Shown in pieces: positions 1-9,612 of a stretch of DNA of 64,000 nucleotides (positions are counted from its first letter, which is position 1; every line of letters starts with the position of its first letter). The stretch covers positions 24,016 through 88,015 of the forward strand of contig JBFMGK010000027.1 of NCBI GenBank assembly GCA_040752575.1, written 5' to 3'. Under the pieces are notes generated by a model. It did no database searches. It saw nothing but the letters and a program-made list of their open reading frames with translations, and had not been told where the DNA came from. This DNA comes from Candidatus Bipolaricaulota bacterium. Its GTDB lineage: Bacteria; Bipolaricaulota; Bipolaricaulia; UBA7950; UBA9294. The translations under genes and the position numbers were made by a program.

Positions 1-2
1 CG

Positions 3-1136
3 GGAGCGGTCTTCCCGAAGGGCACGACGACGGTGACGTACACGGCGACGGACGCGGCGGGCCTGACAGCGACGTGTTCGTTCACGGTGACGGTCGTCGA
101 TGCGGAAGCGCCGGTGATCGCGGGCTGCCCGGCGAACATCACACAGGGAACCGACGCCGGGCTATGCAGTGCCGTTGTGACGTGGGCGCTGCCGCTGGCG
201 ACGGACAACTGCGGGATTGCGACGTTTGTCTGCAGTCACGGGCCAGGCACGTTCCCGAAGGGTGTGACGACCGTGAATTGCATCGCGACGGACACTTCCG
301 GCAACACGGCGACGTGTTCGTTCACGATCACAATCGTCGACGATGAAGCGCCGCAAGTCGGTGGTCTGAGCGACCTCTTCGTCGTTCTGCCGGTGGGTGC
401 GCGCTCGACGAGAGACGTCAGCCTCGGTGCGCCGACGGTTTCCGACAACTGCGACCCGGCACTCATCGCGACGAACGACGCCCCCTCATCCTATCCGATG
501 GGGCTCACTGTTGTGACGTGGACGGCTACGGATGGGGCAGGGAACGTTGGGACGCATCAGCAGGACGTGTTCGTGAGCGTTCCTTCGGTGCGCGTGATTC
601 CTGTGGCTGAGTCGACGGATGCGGCCGGTGGAGGCGGGGGGCTCGAGGAGTTCCCAACCTTCATCGTCCTGCCGCCACCGGTTCCGCCACTCGAGTTCCA
701 TGGTGTTCCCGTCGCTGCTGTCGTGGAACTGGGCGCCTTCATCCGAGGGTGCTTCGAGTTGGAGAACGTCGATCCTATGGCGCTCGGCAACGAGAGACCC
801 ACGATCCAGATCTGGAGAGCGGAGTACTCGGAGAGCGGAGTGCCGTCCAGCGACTACGTTGGAGCCGTACAGGCGTACATCGTGCGGTGCGGGGCCGACG
901 GAGAGCCGATCTACTTCGACGTTCCACCGTTTGGGTTCGACCTATCACCGCTCTGCTGCGTGACGCTCCCGGCGTCTCCGTTCTTCGCCTTCCAGATTGC
1001 CTCGGTAGGCGAGACCAGCGGAGGTGGGTTCAGCCTGGTGCCTGGGTACTACGACCTCAACGTGAAGATCCTGCTCGAGGGCGGGACATTCACGTCCCCG
1101 CGGGTCCGGATCCAGGTCGTTGCTCCTAGCGGCTAA
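3..1136 (+). CDS. HYR-repeat surface/secreted protein, 5'-truncated by window edge
   Basis: Repeated FPKGxTTVxxxATDxxGxTATCSFTxTxVDxEAP units typical of HYR domains; frame is open to the window start. Confidence 0.8.
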   Translation, partial: GAVFPKGTTTVTYTATDAAGLTATCSFTVTVVDAEAPVIAGCPANITQGTDAGLCSAVVTWALPLATDNCGIATFVCSHGPGTFPKGVTTVNCIATDTSGNTATCSFTITIVDDEAPQVGGLSDLFVVLPVGARSTRDVSLGAPTVSDNCDPALIATNDAPSSYPMGLTVVTWTATDGAGNVGTHQQDVFVSVPSVRVIPVAESTDAAGGGGGLEEFPTFIVLPPPVPPLEFHGVPVAAVVELGAFIRGCFELENVDPMALGNERPTIQIWRAEYSESGVPSSDYVGAVQAYIVRCGADGEPIYFDVPPFGFDLSPLCCVTLPASPFFAFQIASVGETSGGGFSLVPGYYDLNVKILLEGGTFTSPRVRIQVVAPSG

Positions 1137-1152
1137 GAGGCGGCCGAGCCAC

Positions 1153-1183
1153 CCCACTGCCCGGCGTTTCGTCGGGCAGTGGG
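1153..1183 (+). terminator. GC-rich stem-loop downstream of the HYR gene
   Basis: CCCACTGCCCGGCG-TTT-CGTCGGGCAGTGGG, 14-bp stem with one G-U pair; no clear U tract. Confidence 0.4.
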
Positions 1184-1274
1184 TGCCGCGTTGGGGGCGG
1201 TCGCACGCGGCCGCCCCCTGTCTTTGTGGGTTCGCCGCCCGGCGGACCGCGCGGTTGTTGCCCCCCGCGAGGAC

Positions 1275-1865
1275 ATGGTACGCTGGAGCATGGCTCTCGG
1301 CCTCGGGGAAGCACGAGACAATCTTGCTACCGAAGAGCGTATCCTCAGCGGGCGCGCCGAGAGACTCGCCGCGTGGAATCGCCTGTTGCACGGAGTCCCG
1401 TTGCCGTTGCGCGAGCTGGACTGCGGCAGGCTCTGCGGCGAGCTTTCGTCGGCGGACGAGTGCGCGGCGTACGGTGCGCTGCGCGCGTGCACGGCGCTCT
1501 ACGACGAGGCAGGTCGTCACCTCCAGTCTGCTCTGAGGATCTCGGTGCTCTACTGGTTCTCGAACTTGGGCGAAGAACTGCCGACAGCGCGGGAGCACCT
1601 GCGGCCGAGGTGCTCTTCGTTTCACCTTGCAGAGGCGGTCGGCGCCCACCTGAGCTGGGAACAGGCCGTCGAGGCGATGAAGAGAAAGCCGATCGATCGC
1701 GCTGCTTACGACTGGATCCTCGAAGTGCTTCGCCACGAACACGAGCACCAGTGGGCCGTGGCGTTCGGAGAGCGCCCCTGTGCGCCCATCGATGCGCTCT
1801 CCGGGCCTCTGTCACAGAACCCGTACGCCAGGGACTGGCGCTGCACTCCGCGCGCGGCTTGCTGA
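1275..1865 (+). CDS. hypothetical protein
   Basis: ORF with GAGGA before ATG 1275; no recognisable motif. Confidence 0.4.
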   Translation: MVRWSMALGLGEARDNLATEERILSGRAERLAAWNRLLHGVPLPLRELDCGRLCGELSSADECAAYGALRACTALYDEAGRHLQSALRISVLYWFSNLGEELPTAREHLRPRCSSFHLAEAVGAHLSWEQAVEAMKRKPIDRAAYDWILEVLRHEHEHQWAVAFGERPCAPIDALSGPLSQNPYARDWRCTPRAAC

Positions 1866-1888
1866 GCGCATCGTGTGCGGAGGGAACC

Positions 1889-2938
1889 ATGGGCGAGAAG
1901 CATGGACGGCGAACGGCAGCACAGGCAGAACAAGGGGGTCGGGTGCTTCGCAATCGTCGTTGTGCGGATCCTGGAGAATCGGCCCTTTGCATGGTCCTCG
2001 TGGCTCTTGCCTTCGCGCTGGCCGCCGTCGTCGGTGCCGCCAGGAGTAGCGCCGCGGCGTCGGGCGCTTGCGTTCCACCGCCGCTTCCGAGCGCGCCGAA
2101 TTCCTCGCGGCTCGCACCCTCCGACCGGCCGGAGCTTCTGCGCGACGTCCTCTATGCTCAACAGGAAGGAATGGACTTGCTCATGGACCTTCTCTTGCCG
2201 CGCCGACCGGATGGCGTGGCGAGTCCGGTTCTGTTCTACCCTAGTGCGAATGGACATGCCGTGCCGAAGGACCCGTTCACCGAGGCTGTGCGACAACGCG
2301 GCTACGCGGTGGTCCGCGCGCAGGTCCGGTACTACGAGCCCTCGTCCAAGTTCCCGGATGCTCTGGTCGATGCGAAGTCGGCCGTCCGGTTTCTCAAGGC
2401 GCACGCGAGCGAGTATGGGATCGACCCCGAGCGAATCGTTGCATGCGGCTCAAGCAAGAACGGAATGTTCGCCAGCATGCTGGGGACGATGGGCGAAGCG
2501 ACGCAGTACGACCTCGGAGCGAATCTCGACATCAGCAGCCGGGTTGCCGCCGTGGTCAACTTCGCAGGGCACACCGACCTGACGTCCTTCTATGCCGATG
2601 GCATGGCGGATCCGCAGGTCAAGATGGACGAGGAGACGTACGAGGCGAAGAACGAGCAGTTTCTCGGCTGTCCGGCCTTTGATTGCCTTGAGCTTGAACG
2701 CGCGGCGAGTGCGATCACGTACGCTGACCCGTCCGACGCGCCCCAGATGCTCGTGCTGGGCAGCGAGGATGCTCTCGTTCCCTCGCTCCAGATGACGCGC
2801 TTTCTCGACCGATTGCTTGCGGTGTGCGTCTCCGCGTACTACATCCTTGTCGACGGGGCTCCCCACGCGGTCGCAGGTGCGCTGCGCGAGTCGGACATCC
2901 AGCAGATCCTGGCGTTCCTGGAGACGTTCGTCGAGTAG
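1889..2938 (+). CDS. secreted alpha/beta hydrolase (esterase/lipase, BD-FAE-like)
   Basis: FPDALVDAKSAVRFLKAHASEYGIDPERI, GSS elbow, D..VP and H motifs; hydrophobic N-terminal segment. Start is 1889 or 1991. Confidence 0.75.
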   Translation: MGEKHGRRTAAQAEQGGRVLRNRRCADPGESALCMVLVALAFALAAVVGAARSSAAASGACVPPPLPSAPNSSRLAPSDRPELLRDVLYAQQEGMDLLMDLLLPRRPDGVASPVLFYPSANGHAVPKDPFTEAVRQRGYAVVRAQVRYYEPSSKFPDALVDAKSAVRFLKAHASEYGIDPERIVACGSSKNGMFASMLGTMGEATQYDLGANLDISSRVAAVVNFAGHTDLTSFYADGMADPQVKMDEETYEAKNEQFLGCPAFDCLELERAASAITYADPSDAPQMLVLGSEDALVPSLQMTRFLDRLLAVCVSAYYILVDGAPHAVAGALRESDIQQILAFLETFVE

Positions 2939-3070
2939 AGCAAGGCGAGTTCGCCCTCGCGATGGCAAGACCGAACTCCCGATCGTCCTTATGGAGACTG
3001 CCACGGTCCTGGGGAAGACCGAGGCGGAAACGTGGCGCAATCGTCGCGCGGCTCCGAGGCGACCCGGAGC

Positions 3071-4072
3071 CTACGGGGTGTCGAGGAGAAAGTCCGCAGG
3101 CCAGATCTCGTCTGGAGCGGCTGGGCACAGCGCTCCGCCTGCGTTGCCTCGGTCGTCTTGCGGCGATGGGATCCGATTCCGGCCGCCGCTCACCTGGACC
3201 GACGCCTCGTTGGGAGCCTCGTCAGAGAAGCAGGTTGACGTCATCAGGGAGACCCCGACGAAGCGGCACGCGAGGATCTCGCAGCCCTCGATGCGGACTT
3301 GAGGCGGTGCCGAGGGGTCGGCACTGAGCACGACGCCCCATCCGTTTCCGGCGAAGCTGCAGCCCTCCAGCGAGGCCTGGGCGGCGTGGACGATCACCCC
3401 GACCTCGGTGTTGTCGTTGAACTCGCACCCTCGCAGAAGGGTCTGCGTATCCTTGCCCGCGACAAGCCCGTAAGCGTTTGCCGAGAATCGTGTCTCGTGG
3501 AACTGCGCCACAGCGCCGGCATCGAGGTAGGCGCCGAATCGGGAGGCCCTGAACTCGCAGTCGCCGGCCGCGAGGGACGCATTGCGCGCGAGGTACACGC
3601 CCGCACCGTCGCTTGCCACGCAGATCACGCGGTGCATCGTCAGGCCGACGTCGGGACCGGCGAAGACGGCGTGCTTGCGATCCGTCGACGCCTCGGCTTC
3701 GGATCGCGCGGCCACCGTCAGGTTCTCCAGGGCGACGCGCAGACGCCTCGTGCCGGTGTACGAGAGCGAGACGACGGAACCGGTCGCCCCCGCCGGGAGG
3801 ACGAGCACAACCGCCACCGGGTGTCCCGTTCCTTGCAGCGTTACGTCGTGCGTCACCTCGAACGGCCCCGTGTACGTGCCCGCCCTGAGGCAGATCGTGG
3901 CGCCGGGTCGAGCCGACAAGAGGACGTCGCGCAGGGCCTCGGTCGAAGATACGGTAAGCAGACAGGCATCCTGGGCGACCGCGTGGCAGAGGGGGACAAG
4001 GCAGACCGCGAGACCAAGAGCGGCGCGGAGCGCGAGTCCGGCACAGGGGCTAAGGCATGGAAGCCGGCGCAT
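3071..4072 (-). CDS. secreted right-handed parallel beta-helix protein (pectate lyase/NosD-like)
   Basis: Signal peptide, ARPGATICLRAGTY N-terminus, repeated CxFxxNxxGV beta-helix rungs. Confidence 0.7.
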   Translation of the reverse strand: MRRLPCLSPCAGLALRAALGLAVCLVPLCHAVAQDACLLTVSSTEALRDVLLSARPGATICLRAGTYTGPFEVTHDVTLQGTGHPVAVVLVLPAGATGSVVSLSYTGTRRLRVALENLTVAARSEAEASTDRKHAVFAGPDVGLTMHRVICVASDGAGVYLARNASLAAGDCEFRASRFGAYLDAGAVAQFHETRFSANAYGLVAGKDTQTLLRGCEFNDNTEVGVIVHAAQASLEGCSFAGNGWGVVLSADPSAPPQVRIEGCEILACRFVGVSLMTSTCFSDEAPNEASVQVSGGRNRIPSPQDDRGNAGGALCPAAPDEIWPADFLLDTP

Positions 4073-4210
4073 GAGCGAAGTGTAGGTGGCTGGCGAACCC
4101 TACGGCAAGCCACTGGACGCGGGCGCGCCCAGCCGGCGGCGCGCGGGGCTGCCCGAGAGCCTGGGATGCGTAGTCGAGAGGGTTCCTTTCTGCACCGTGA
4201 AATGGTAGAC

Positions 4211-4230
4211 TGGATTCCTTAAGATATCCA
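4211..4230. promoter_or_regulatory. imperfect palindrome, putative operator upstream of the HTH gene
   Basis: TGGATTCCTTAAGATATCCA, 16/20 self-complementary, in an AT-rich divergent intergenic region. Confidence 0.35.
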
Positions 4231-4258
4231 ATAGTGGCGCTAAAAGGAACGGTGAGGA

Positions 4259-4699
4259 ATGTACACGGTTCAGCAGCTTGCGGAGATTCTCGCCCTGCAC
4301 CCTAAGACCGTGCAGAGGTTCTTGCGCGAAGGAAGGATCAAGGCGACGAAGATCGGCCGGGAGTGGCGCGTCCACGGGGACGACTTGCGCGACTTCGCCC
4401 ACGGCGAGCTCTCCACGCCGGAGCCGACGGAGTCCGTGGCGACGACTCGCCTTGCAGAGCGCATCCAGGTGACCGCCGTGATCGAGCTCGACGAGGGGAA
4501 CTCGAGCGAAGTCTCGCGGATCTCGAACAGCCTGATCGCTGTACTCAACAGCAAAGATCCACGATTCGGAGCGGTTCGCTACGACTTGGTCTACCACCCC
4601 GAGGTTCGCAAGGCGCGGTTCGTTGTGCACGGAACGCCGCTCTTCCTTCGGACGTTGCTGCAACTTGTGGACGTCCTGCTGGAACAGGACGAAGGGTAG
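4259..4699 (+). CDS. excisionase-like helix-turn-helix DNA-binding protein
   Basis: MYTVQQLAEILALHPKTVQRFLREGRIKATKIGREWRV matches the HTH_17/Xis-like pattern. Confidence 0.8.
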   Translation: MYTVQQLAEILALHPKTVQRFLREGRIKATKIGREWRVHGDDLRDFAHGELSTPEPTESVATTRLAERIQVTAVIELDEGNSSEVSRISNSLIAVLNSKDPRFGAVRYDLVYHPEVRKARFVVHGTPLFLRTLLQLVDVLLEQDEG

Positions 4700-5581
4700 G
4701 TGGGACCCGTGGCCAGGTCGGTATTCCGAAGCGAAGAAGGGCGGCGCGCGGTCGTCGCCTACTACGAGAGGATCCTCGGCGACGCGGGTGCGGCGTCCCC
4801 GTTCCGTCGACGGACCGTCGAGACGTCACTCGGGAAGACACATCTCCTCGAGGCCGGTCCCGAGAGGGCTCCCGCGCTCCTTCTGCTGCACGGGACGGCG
4901 AGCAACTCTGCTACCTGGCTCGGCGACTTGCCGTTCTGGGCACAACACTTCCGCGTCCTTGCCGCCGACATCCCGGGAGAGCCAGGCCTGAGCGAGGACC
5001 GAAGACTCACGCTCGCGAGCGACGAGCCCCAAACGTGGCTCCGCGACCTGCTCGATGCCCTTGGCCTCTCATCGGTACACATGGTCGGGCTGTCGCTTGG
5101 CGGATGGATGGCCCTCCGCTTCGCCACCCGGGAGCCGGAGCGGGTTCAGGCACTGTCGCTTCTTTCGGCTGGCGGACTCGCGCCTCAGAAGCGGTCCTTC
5201 CTCCTCGTGGCGCTGCCGCTCTCGCTTCTGGGCGCGTGGGGGCTGAGGAAGGTCAACCGGATCGTCTGCCGCGGGGTCGAGATCCATCCCGAGGTTGAGG
5301 AGTTCATGGCGCTGGTGGGCCGCCACTTCCGGCCGCTGCTGGAACCGATACCCGTCTTCCGCGACGAGGAACTCGCGCGGCTCACGATGCCGATTCAGTC
5401 CTTCGCCGGCGGGCGTGACGCGTTGCTCCACTCCGCAGCCAGCGTCGCGCGGATCAGGCGGCTCCTCCCCCACGCGGAAGCCCATCTAATCCCGAACTGC
5501 GGCCACGCGGTGATCGGGAAGGCCGAAGAGGTCTTCGAGTTCCAGCGGAGAGTCGCCGACACTCATCGCGCGCCGTCCTGA
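4700..5581 (+). CDS. alpha/beta fold hydrolase
   Basis: LLLHG, GLSLGG nucleophile elbow, GRD and GH catalytic motifs. Confidence 0.85.
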   Translation: MGPVARSVFRSEEGRRAVVAYYERILGDAGAASPFRRRTVETSLGKTHLLEAGPERAPALLLLHGTASNSATWLGDLPFWAQHFRVLAADIPGEPGLSEDRRLTLASDEPQTWLRDLLDALGLSSVHMVGLSLGGWMALRFATREPERVQALSLLSAGGLAPQKRSFLLVALPLSLLGAWGLRKVNRIVCRGVEIHPEVEEFMALVGRHFRPLLEPIPVFRDEELARLTMPIQSFAGGRDALLHSAASVARIRRLLPHAEAHLIPNCGHAVIGKAEEVFEFQRRVADTHRAPS

Positions 5582-6158
5582 CGCGATGCGTTGGCAGACG
5601 TCTCTGTGGCGCTGGCCTTCTGAGCTCCGACGATGCTTCTCGCTTCAGCGAACGTCTGGGCGGCGCCTTGAGCGCGTCGCCCGTGACCCTCTCGTGCCCG
5701 ACGTCGCGGTGCCGGCGGCGCGGCGCGGCATCCGTTTCGTGCAATAGGAAGCGGCCTATGTCGCGGCCGCTAGGCGAGAACGCGTGGAAAGGCGTTGCCG
5801 CAGCGGCGAAGCATCGACCAGCCGTCGGGCAGTTCCTCGCGGAATGAGCCTTTCCAACGGTAGGTCTCACTCTCCATGCGGCATGCTTCTCCCGCAATGC
5901 CCCTCGCTTCTTCCCGCCGGGGCTCCTCGGGTTGCGCCGTTCGTCCCCTCCGCCTCTTCGTATGGCTCACGATGACCTCCTGATCGCCCGCCCGTTGATC
6001 ATGTGTCGCCGCAACTCGGCTCCTGGTTCAGCCGGGCTGCCGCGCCAGGCCGAACGCGCGTGCGTCCCCTCTGCGAAGGTGCAGAGGCCCATCGTCGGAC
6101 CGGGCAGAGGTCTCGGCGCGGAGGGAGAGCGGTTACACTGGTCCGGGAGGCGATCCAC

Positions 6159-6734
6159 GTGGCAACCGTCCGCGAAGGTAACCAGGCCGTCCTGATGGTG
6201 ATCGACATGCAGGTGGGCGTCATGCAGGGCTGTTGGGATGCGGCTCGAGTCGCCCGGAACGTCGCCGGCCTCGTTGAGCGAGCTCGCGCCAGCGGAGTCC
6301 CCGTCGTCTGGGTGCAGCACCAGAGCCTGGACCTGGCGGAGGGCAGCGAGGCGTGGGCGTGGGTCCCGGAGCTTGTTCCGGCGGCAGGCGAGCTCCAGAT
6401 CCAGAAGCATCACAACTCGGCTTTCGAGGCGACGTCCTTGGTGGCAGAACTGTCGCGGCTTGGGGCGACGCACATCGTCCTCGCCGGCGCCGCCACCAAC
6501 TGGTGCATCCGTGCCACGGCCTATGGGGCGCTGGAACGCGGCTACGATCTGACCCTAGTAGAAGACGGCCACACCACCGGCCCCATCGAGCTGGACGACG
6601 GCCGGCGGATCGAGGCCGAGCTCATCATCCAAGAACTGAACGTCGTCTTGGCGTGGTTGACTTACCCCGGGCGCGCGAGTGCCGTCGCGGCCGCTTCGAC
6701 GATCGACTTCGCCCGTCCCGGCGGTGGAACCTAG
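6159..6734 (+). CDS. isochorismatase-family cysteine hydrolase
   Basis: VIDMQ, K..NSAF and ATNWCI motifs; GGAGG RBS before GTG 6159. Confidence 0.85.
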   Translation: MATVREGNQAVLMVIDMQVGVMQGCWDAARVARNVAGLVERARASGVPVVWVQHQSLDLAEGSEAWAWVPELVPAAGELQIQKHHNSAFEATSLVAELSRLGATHIVLAGAATNWCIRATAYGALERGYDLTLVEDGHTTGPIELDDGRRIEAELIIQELNVVLAWLTYPGRASAVAAASTIDFARPGGGT

Positions 6735-6743
6735 CGCTGCGAG

Positions 6744-6769
6744 GGAAGGAGCGCGCGGTCGCTCCTTCC
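6744..6769 (+). terminator. stem-loop after the isochorismatase gene
   Basis: GGAAGGAGCG / CGCTCCTTCC perfect 10-bp stem; no U tract. Confidence 0.35.
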
Positions 6770-7177
6770 GGCACCACGGCCTCTGTGACGTGCATTACCT
6801 ACAGGTCTCGAGGTCCGTGCACCGCGCGCGCGGGCTCGACCACCCGTCGCCGATGTCCTCGCGCGTCGCACGATGCGTGAGCCCAAGCGCCGGCAAGCGT
6901 GCGCTGAGTGGCTCAGCAATCGGATCGGCGTCTCCGGCGCGGGCCGGGCGAGCCGACCAGCCGGCGGGAAGGATCATCTCGTGTAGTGCGGCCTCCCTTC
7001 ATGGCCGTGGCGTGCAGTCACTCTCTGTAGGATGTCCGGAAGCAAAGCAACAGGGTTATGTTGCGAACGCGAGTGTGGCCATTCGCTTGGGCTGCGGATG
7101 GCTACACGCACGGCGGCGCGCCGCCCGCAAAGGGCTTCGCAGCGTAGGATCGTGAAGCCGTTACGCCCGCGGCGCGC

Positions 7178-7525
7178 TCAGTCGACGGCTCCCGTCCAGC
7201 GGAGAGTCAAGAGAACCCGTCCGGCGACCATCAGCGTGCCGAAGAGGGGGAGCGTGCAGCGCGTGAACCGCTCTGGAATGAGGGTGCCGAACGCGCGGCC
7301 CTTTCCTGCTCCGTAGCGAATGGCCAGCGCGGTCAGCGGGCACTTCAGACCGTGGGCGACGAAGACGATCGACTCGACGGCGAGTAGACCGAGCGACGTC
7401 CACAGCCAGACCCCCGAGGAGCCTGTGATGCCGGCATGCAGACGACTGGCGATGGCCGCGACCATCACGAGATGGGTCAGCGTGTGCAGGAGCCGAACGA
7501 GAAAGGACCTGCACGCACTTCCCAC
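7178..7525 (-). CDS. small membrane protein (DUF2784-like)
   Basis: Hydrophobic helices and a CPLT motif; possibly decayed. Confidence 0.5.
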   Translation of the reverse strand: MGSACRSFLVRLLHTLTHLVMVAAIASRLHAGITGSSGVWLWTSLGLLAVESIVFVAHGLKCPLTALAIRYGAGKGRAFGTLIPERFTRCTLPLFGTLMVAGRVLLTLRWTGAVD

Positions 7526-7685
7526 CGAGTCACTGTGGCGAGTGAGAGCGCGGAAGAAGCGCAGGTGACGGCGTCGTCGTCCCGATGCCCTACGGTGCCG
7601 TACTCTCCGGAGTCACGCATCTGCCGGTCTGGGCGCGCCGAGGAGACCAGGTTCGTCGGCAGAGCTGCGCCCGAACGTCTGTGGC

Positions 7686-7845
7686 CCCGGAGTCGCCGCA
7701 GAGGCTGAGCTCCTTGGCGAGCGTCACGCGTCGGGAAGCCGCGCGCGCGGATCGGGTCCAGTCTGGCCAACAAGGCACCTTGTCGGGATCGTGTTCCCAG
7801 AGTGCTGCGAGCGGCGGGAGTCGTAATAAGTACTATGTCCCCGGA
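7686..7845 (+). repeat. 160-bp direct repeat copy 1 (degenerate hairpin plus class A motif)
   Basis: 5 mismatches to 12872-13031 by manual alignment; ends TAAGTACTATGTCCCCGGA. Confidence 0.9.
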
Positions 7846-7878
7846 ATCGGGCGCATGGGCTTGGCGATCGTGGCCAAG

Positions 7879-9135
7879 TCACTCCTCCAGTCTCAGGAGG
7901 TTGGTCAGGGCGGCGAGCACCTCGTTGGGACCGAGGATCTCCGTTCCACCTTGCGGCAGGCCGCAGGAGAAGGACATCCACGTGCGGTCCATCGCCGCGA
8001 TGGCCCCCTGCGAGTCAATCACGAAGACGCCGACCGCCCGGCGGTAGGTGTTCCCTACGTCGGCGCCGCGGCCGATGAACACGTTGCCCGGGACAGATCC
8101 GAAGTCGAGTTCCGGTTCGGGGGCGTCGTCGGTCAACACGATGATGAACACGGCGGTCTCCGCGAAGCTGCGCGCCAGGTCAAGGAACTGCGTCAACCTC
8201 GTCCACGCCGCGGAGGTGCCGTCAGAACACGTGCTGCGGTCCGAGAAGGGCGGTGAGTAACTCAGGAGAAGCACGACGGGCTTCCCGCGGAAGGCTGAGA
8301 GCGACACTCGGGGCCCCGCGAGAGTCGGCAACTCAAAGTCCGGTGCGACCTCCCCAACCGCGAGGATTGGCCGTGGGGTTGAATGACCGGCTTCGTGGAC
8401 CACGATCCGGCGCCCGTCCGAGGAGACCGACTCGAGCTGGTAGAGGTCCGTCCCTATCTGGATAGGCTCTCCCGGACCGAACACCTCGTGGGACCCTGGC
8501 ACGAGGTCGAGTTCGCCGTCCTCGTCTGCGTCCACGGCGACCACGAGTTGGGAGAGGTCGTCGTAGCGGCCCGTTGAGTCGAGGCTGTTGATGGCGATCG
8601 CGACCACCGACTCGCCGAGATCGAGGAGGCCCCGGCGGTGACAGAAGCCGCTGTAGAATAGCTCCAGCTCACCAGAGAAGGGGTCGCGATCGGCGAGAAG
8701 CCCCACGTGATACGGCGATCGTCCGCCATCCCCGGGCGCGTACTCGACCTGGACCGTGAACCACCATCGGGATGCACCGAGCGGGGTCTCGATGCCGTCG
8801 ACTACCTCGCGATCGTTTGCCAGCGTCTCGTCGTTCCCTTCGTCAACCCAGATGCGGATGTCAGGAGCCTCGAGAACCGCGAACGTGATGCCCGGGTCCG
8901 CTCCGGTCCCCAAAGGGATGAGGCCGTACGAGAAGGACGAGACTCCCGGGGCCCCGAGAACGGCCTCCCCGAGGACCTCCACCGGCGCGACCCTCAAGGG
9001 AAGCGACTCCATGACGTACGCGACGCTGGGAAACGGCCACGGCACCATCTCGCCTAGGAGGCCGACATGCTCCGCGAGCCCCACCATGCAAGGCGCGAGG
9101 GTACAGCAGATCAAGGCGACTAGAGCTCTTCGCAT
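7879..9135 (-). CDS. exported protein with C-terminal redoxin/TlpA-like thioredoxin-fold domain
   Basis: Signal peptide MRRALVALICC; GEVAPDFELPTLAGPRVSLSAFRGKPVVL; only one Cys where CxxC is expected. Confidence 0.7.
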   Translation of the reverse strand: MRRALVALICCTLAPCMVGLAEHVGLLGEMVPWPFPSVAYVMESLPLRVAPVEVLGEAVLGAPGVSSFSYGLIPLGTGADPGITFAVLEAPDIRIWVDEGNDETLANDREVVDGIETPLGASRWWFTVQVEYAPGDGGRSPYHVGLLADRDPFSGELELFYSGFCHRRGLLDLGESVVAIAINSLDSTGRYDDLSQLVVAVDADEDGELDLVPGSHEVFGPGEPIQIGTDLYQLESVSSDGRRIVVHEAGHSTPRPILAVGEVAPDFELPTLAGPRVSLSAFRGKPVVLLLSYSPPFSDRSTCSDGTSAAWTRLTQFLDLARSFAETAVFIIVLTDDAPEPELDFGSVPGNVFIGRGADVGNTYRRAVGVFVIDSQGAIAAMDRTWMSFSCGLPQGGTEILGPNEVLAALTNLLRLEE

Positions 9136-9533
9136 TCGCACCACGACCTTGACGTATTCTGCCAGCAGTCCGACGTGAATAGGCTGATCCACCACGCCTG
9201 GATCCAGCAGCTCGTCTGCGCAGTTACCCAGCCCGACCCCGTCTCTGTGGCTGTACAGATCCCGGTCTTGGTGTAGAGGCCGACGGCCGTGCAGTACGCG
9301 CGCACATTGACCTCGATGGGAAGGCCGTTCATCTGGTCGTCGTAGCGTTCAAACGTGCCCGTCTTCCAGCAGAGCCATCCGATGTAGTCCTGCTCGCAGC
9401 CGCCAGAGCATGCGACGTCGATGCAGCCAGAGTCTCCATAGAGAGGGACTACCGCCCCGAGCGGGTGGCTGTCCGCGGTTGCCGTCAGCGCACATAGCAG
9501 GAAACCAACGAGAAGAACGCCAGAGATTCGCAT
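9120..9533 (-). CDS. small secreted Cys/Trp-rich protein (137 aa)
   Basis: GGAGG RBS, signal peptide MRISGVLLVGFLLCALTATA, 10 Cys and 8 Trp in the mature part; overlaps the next gene. Confidence 0.7.
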   Translation of the reverse strand: MRISGVLLVGFLLCALTATADSHPLGAVVPLYGDSGCIDVACSGGCEQDYIGWLCWKTGTFERYDDQMNGLPIEVNVRAYCTAVGLYTKTGICTATETGSGWVTAQTSCWIQAWWISLFTSDCWQNTSRSWCECEEL

Positions 9534-9612
9534 AGTGCACCTCCTGACAGAGAGAATAGGATACGAATTCGGTGGCGCGAAGCCAATAACCCGCATAGAG
9601 ACGCTGTTAGCG

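Noticed and set aside
4259..4699. Prophage or ICE excisionase
   Set aside because: No integrase or phage genes nearby; it has an extra C-terminal domain and is coupled to a hydrolase, so a regulator is more likely.
5582..6150. Short ORFs in the intergenic gap (e.g. 5770-5970 minus)
   Set aside because: No recognisable motif; possibly remnants but unsupported.
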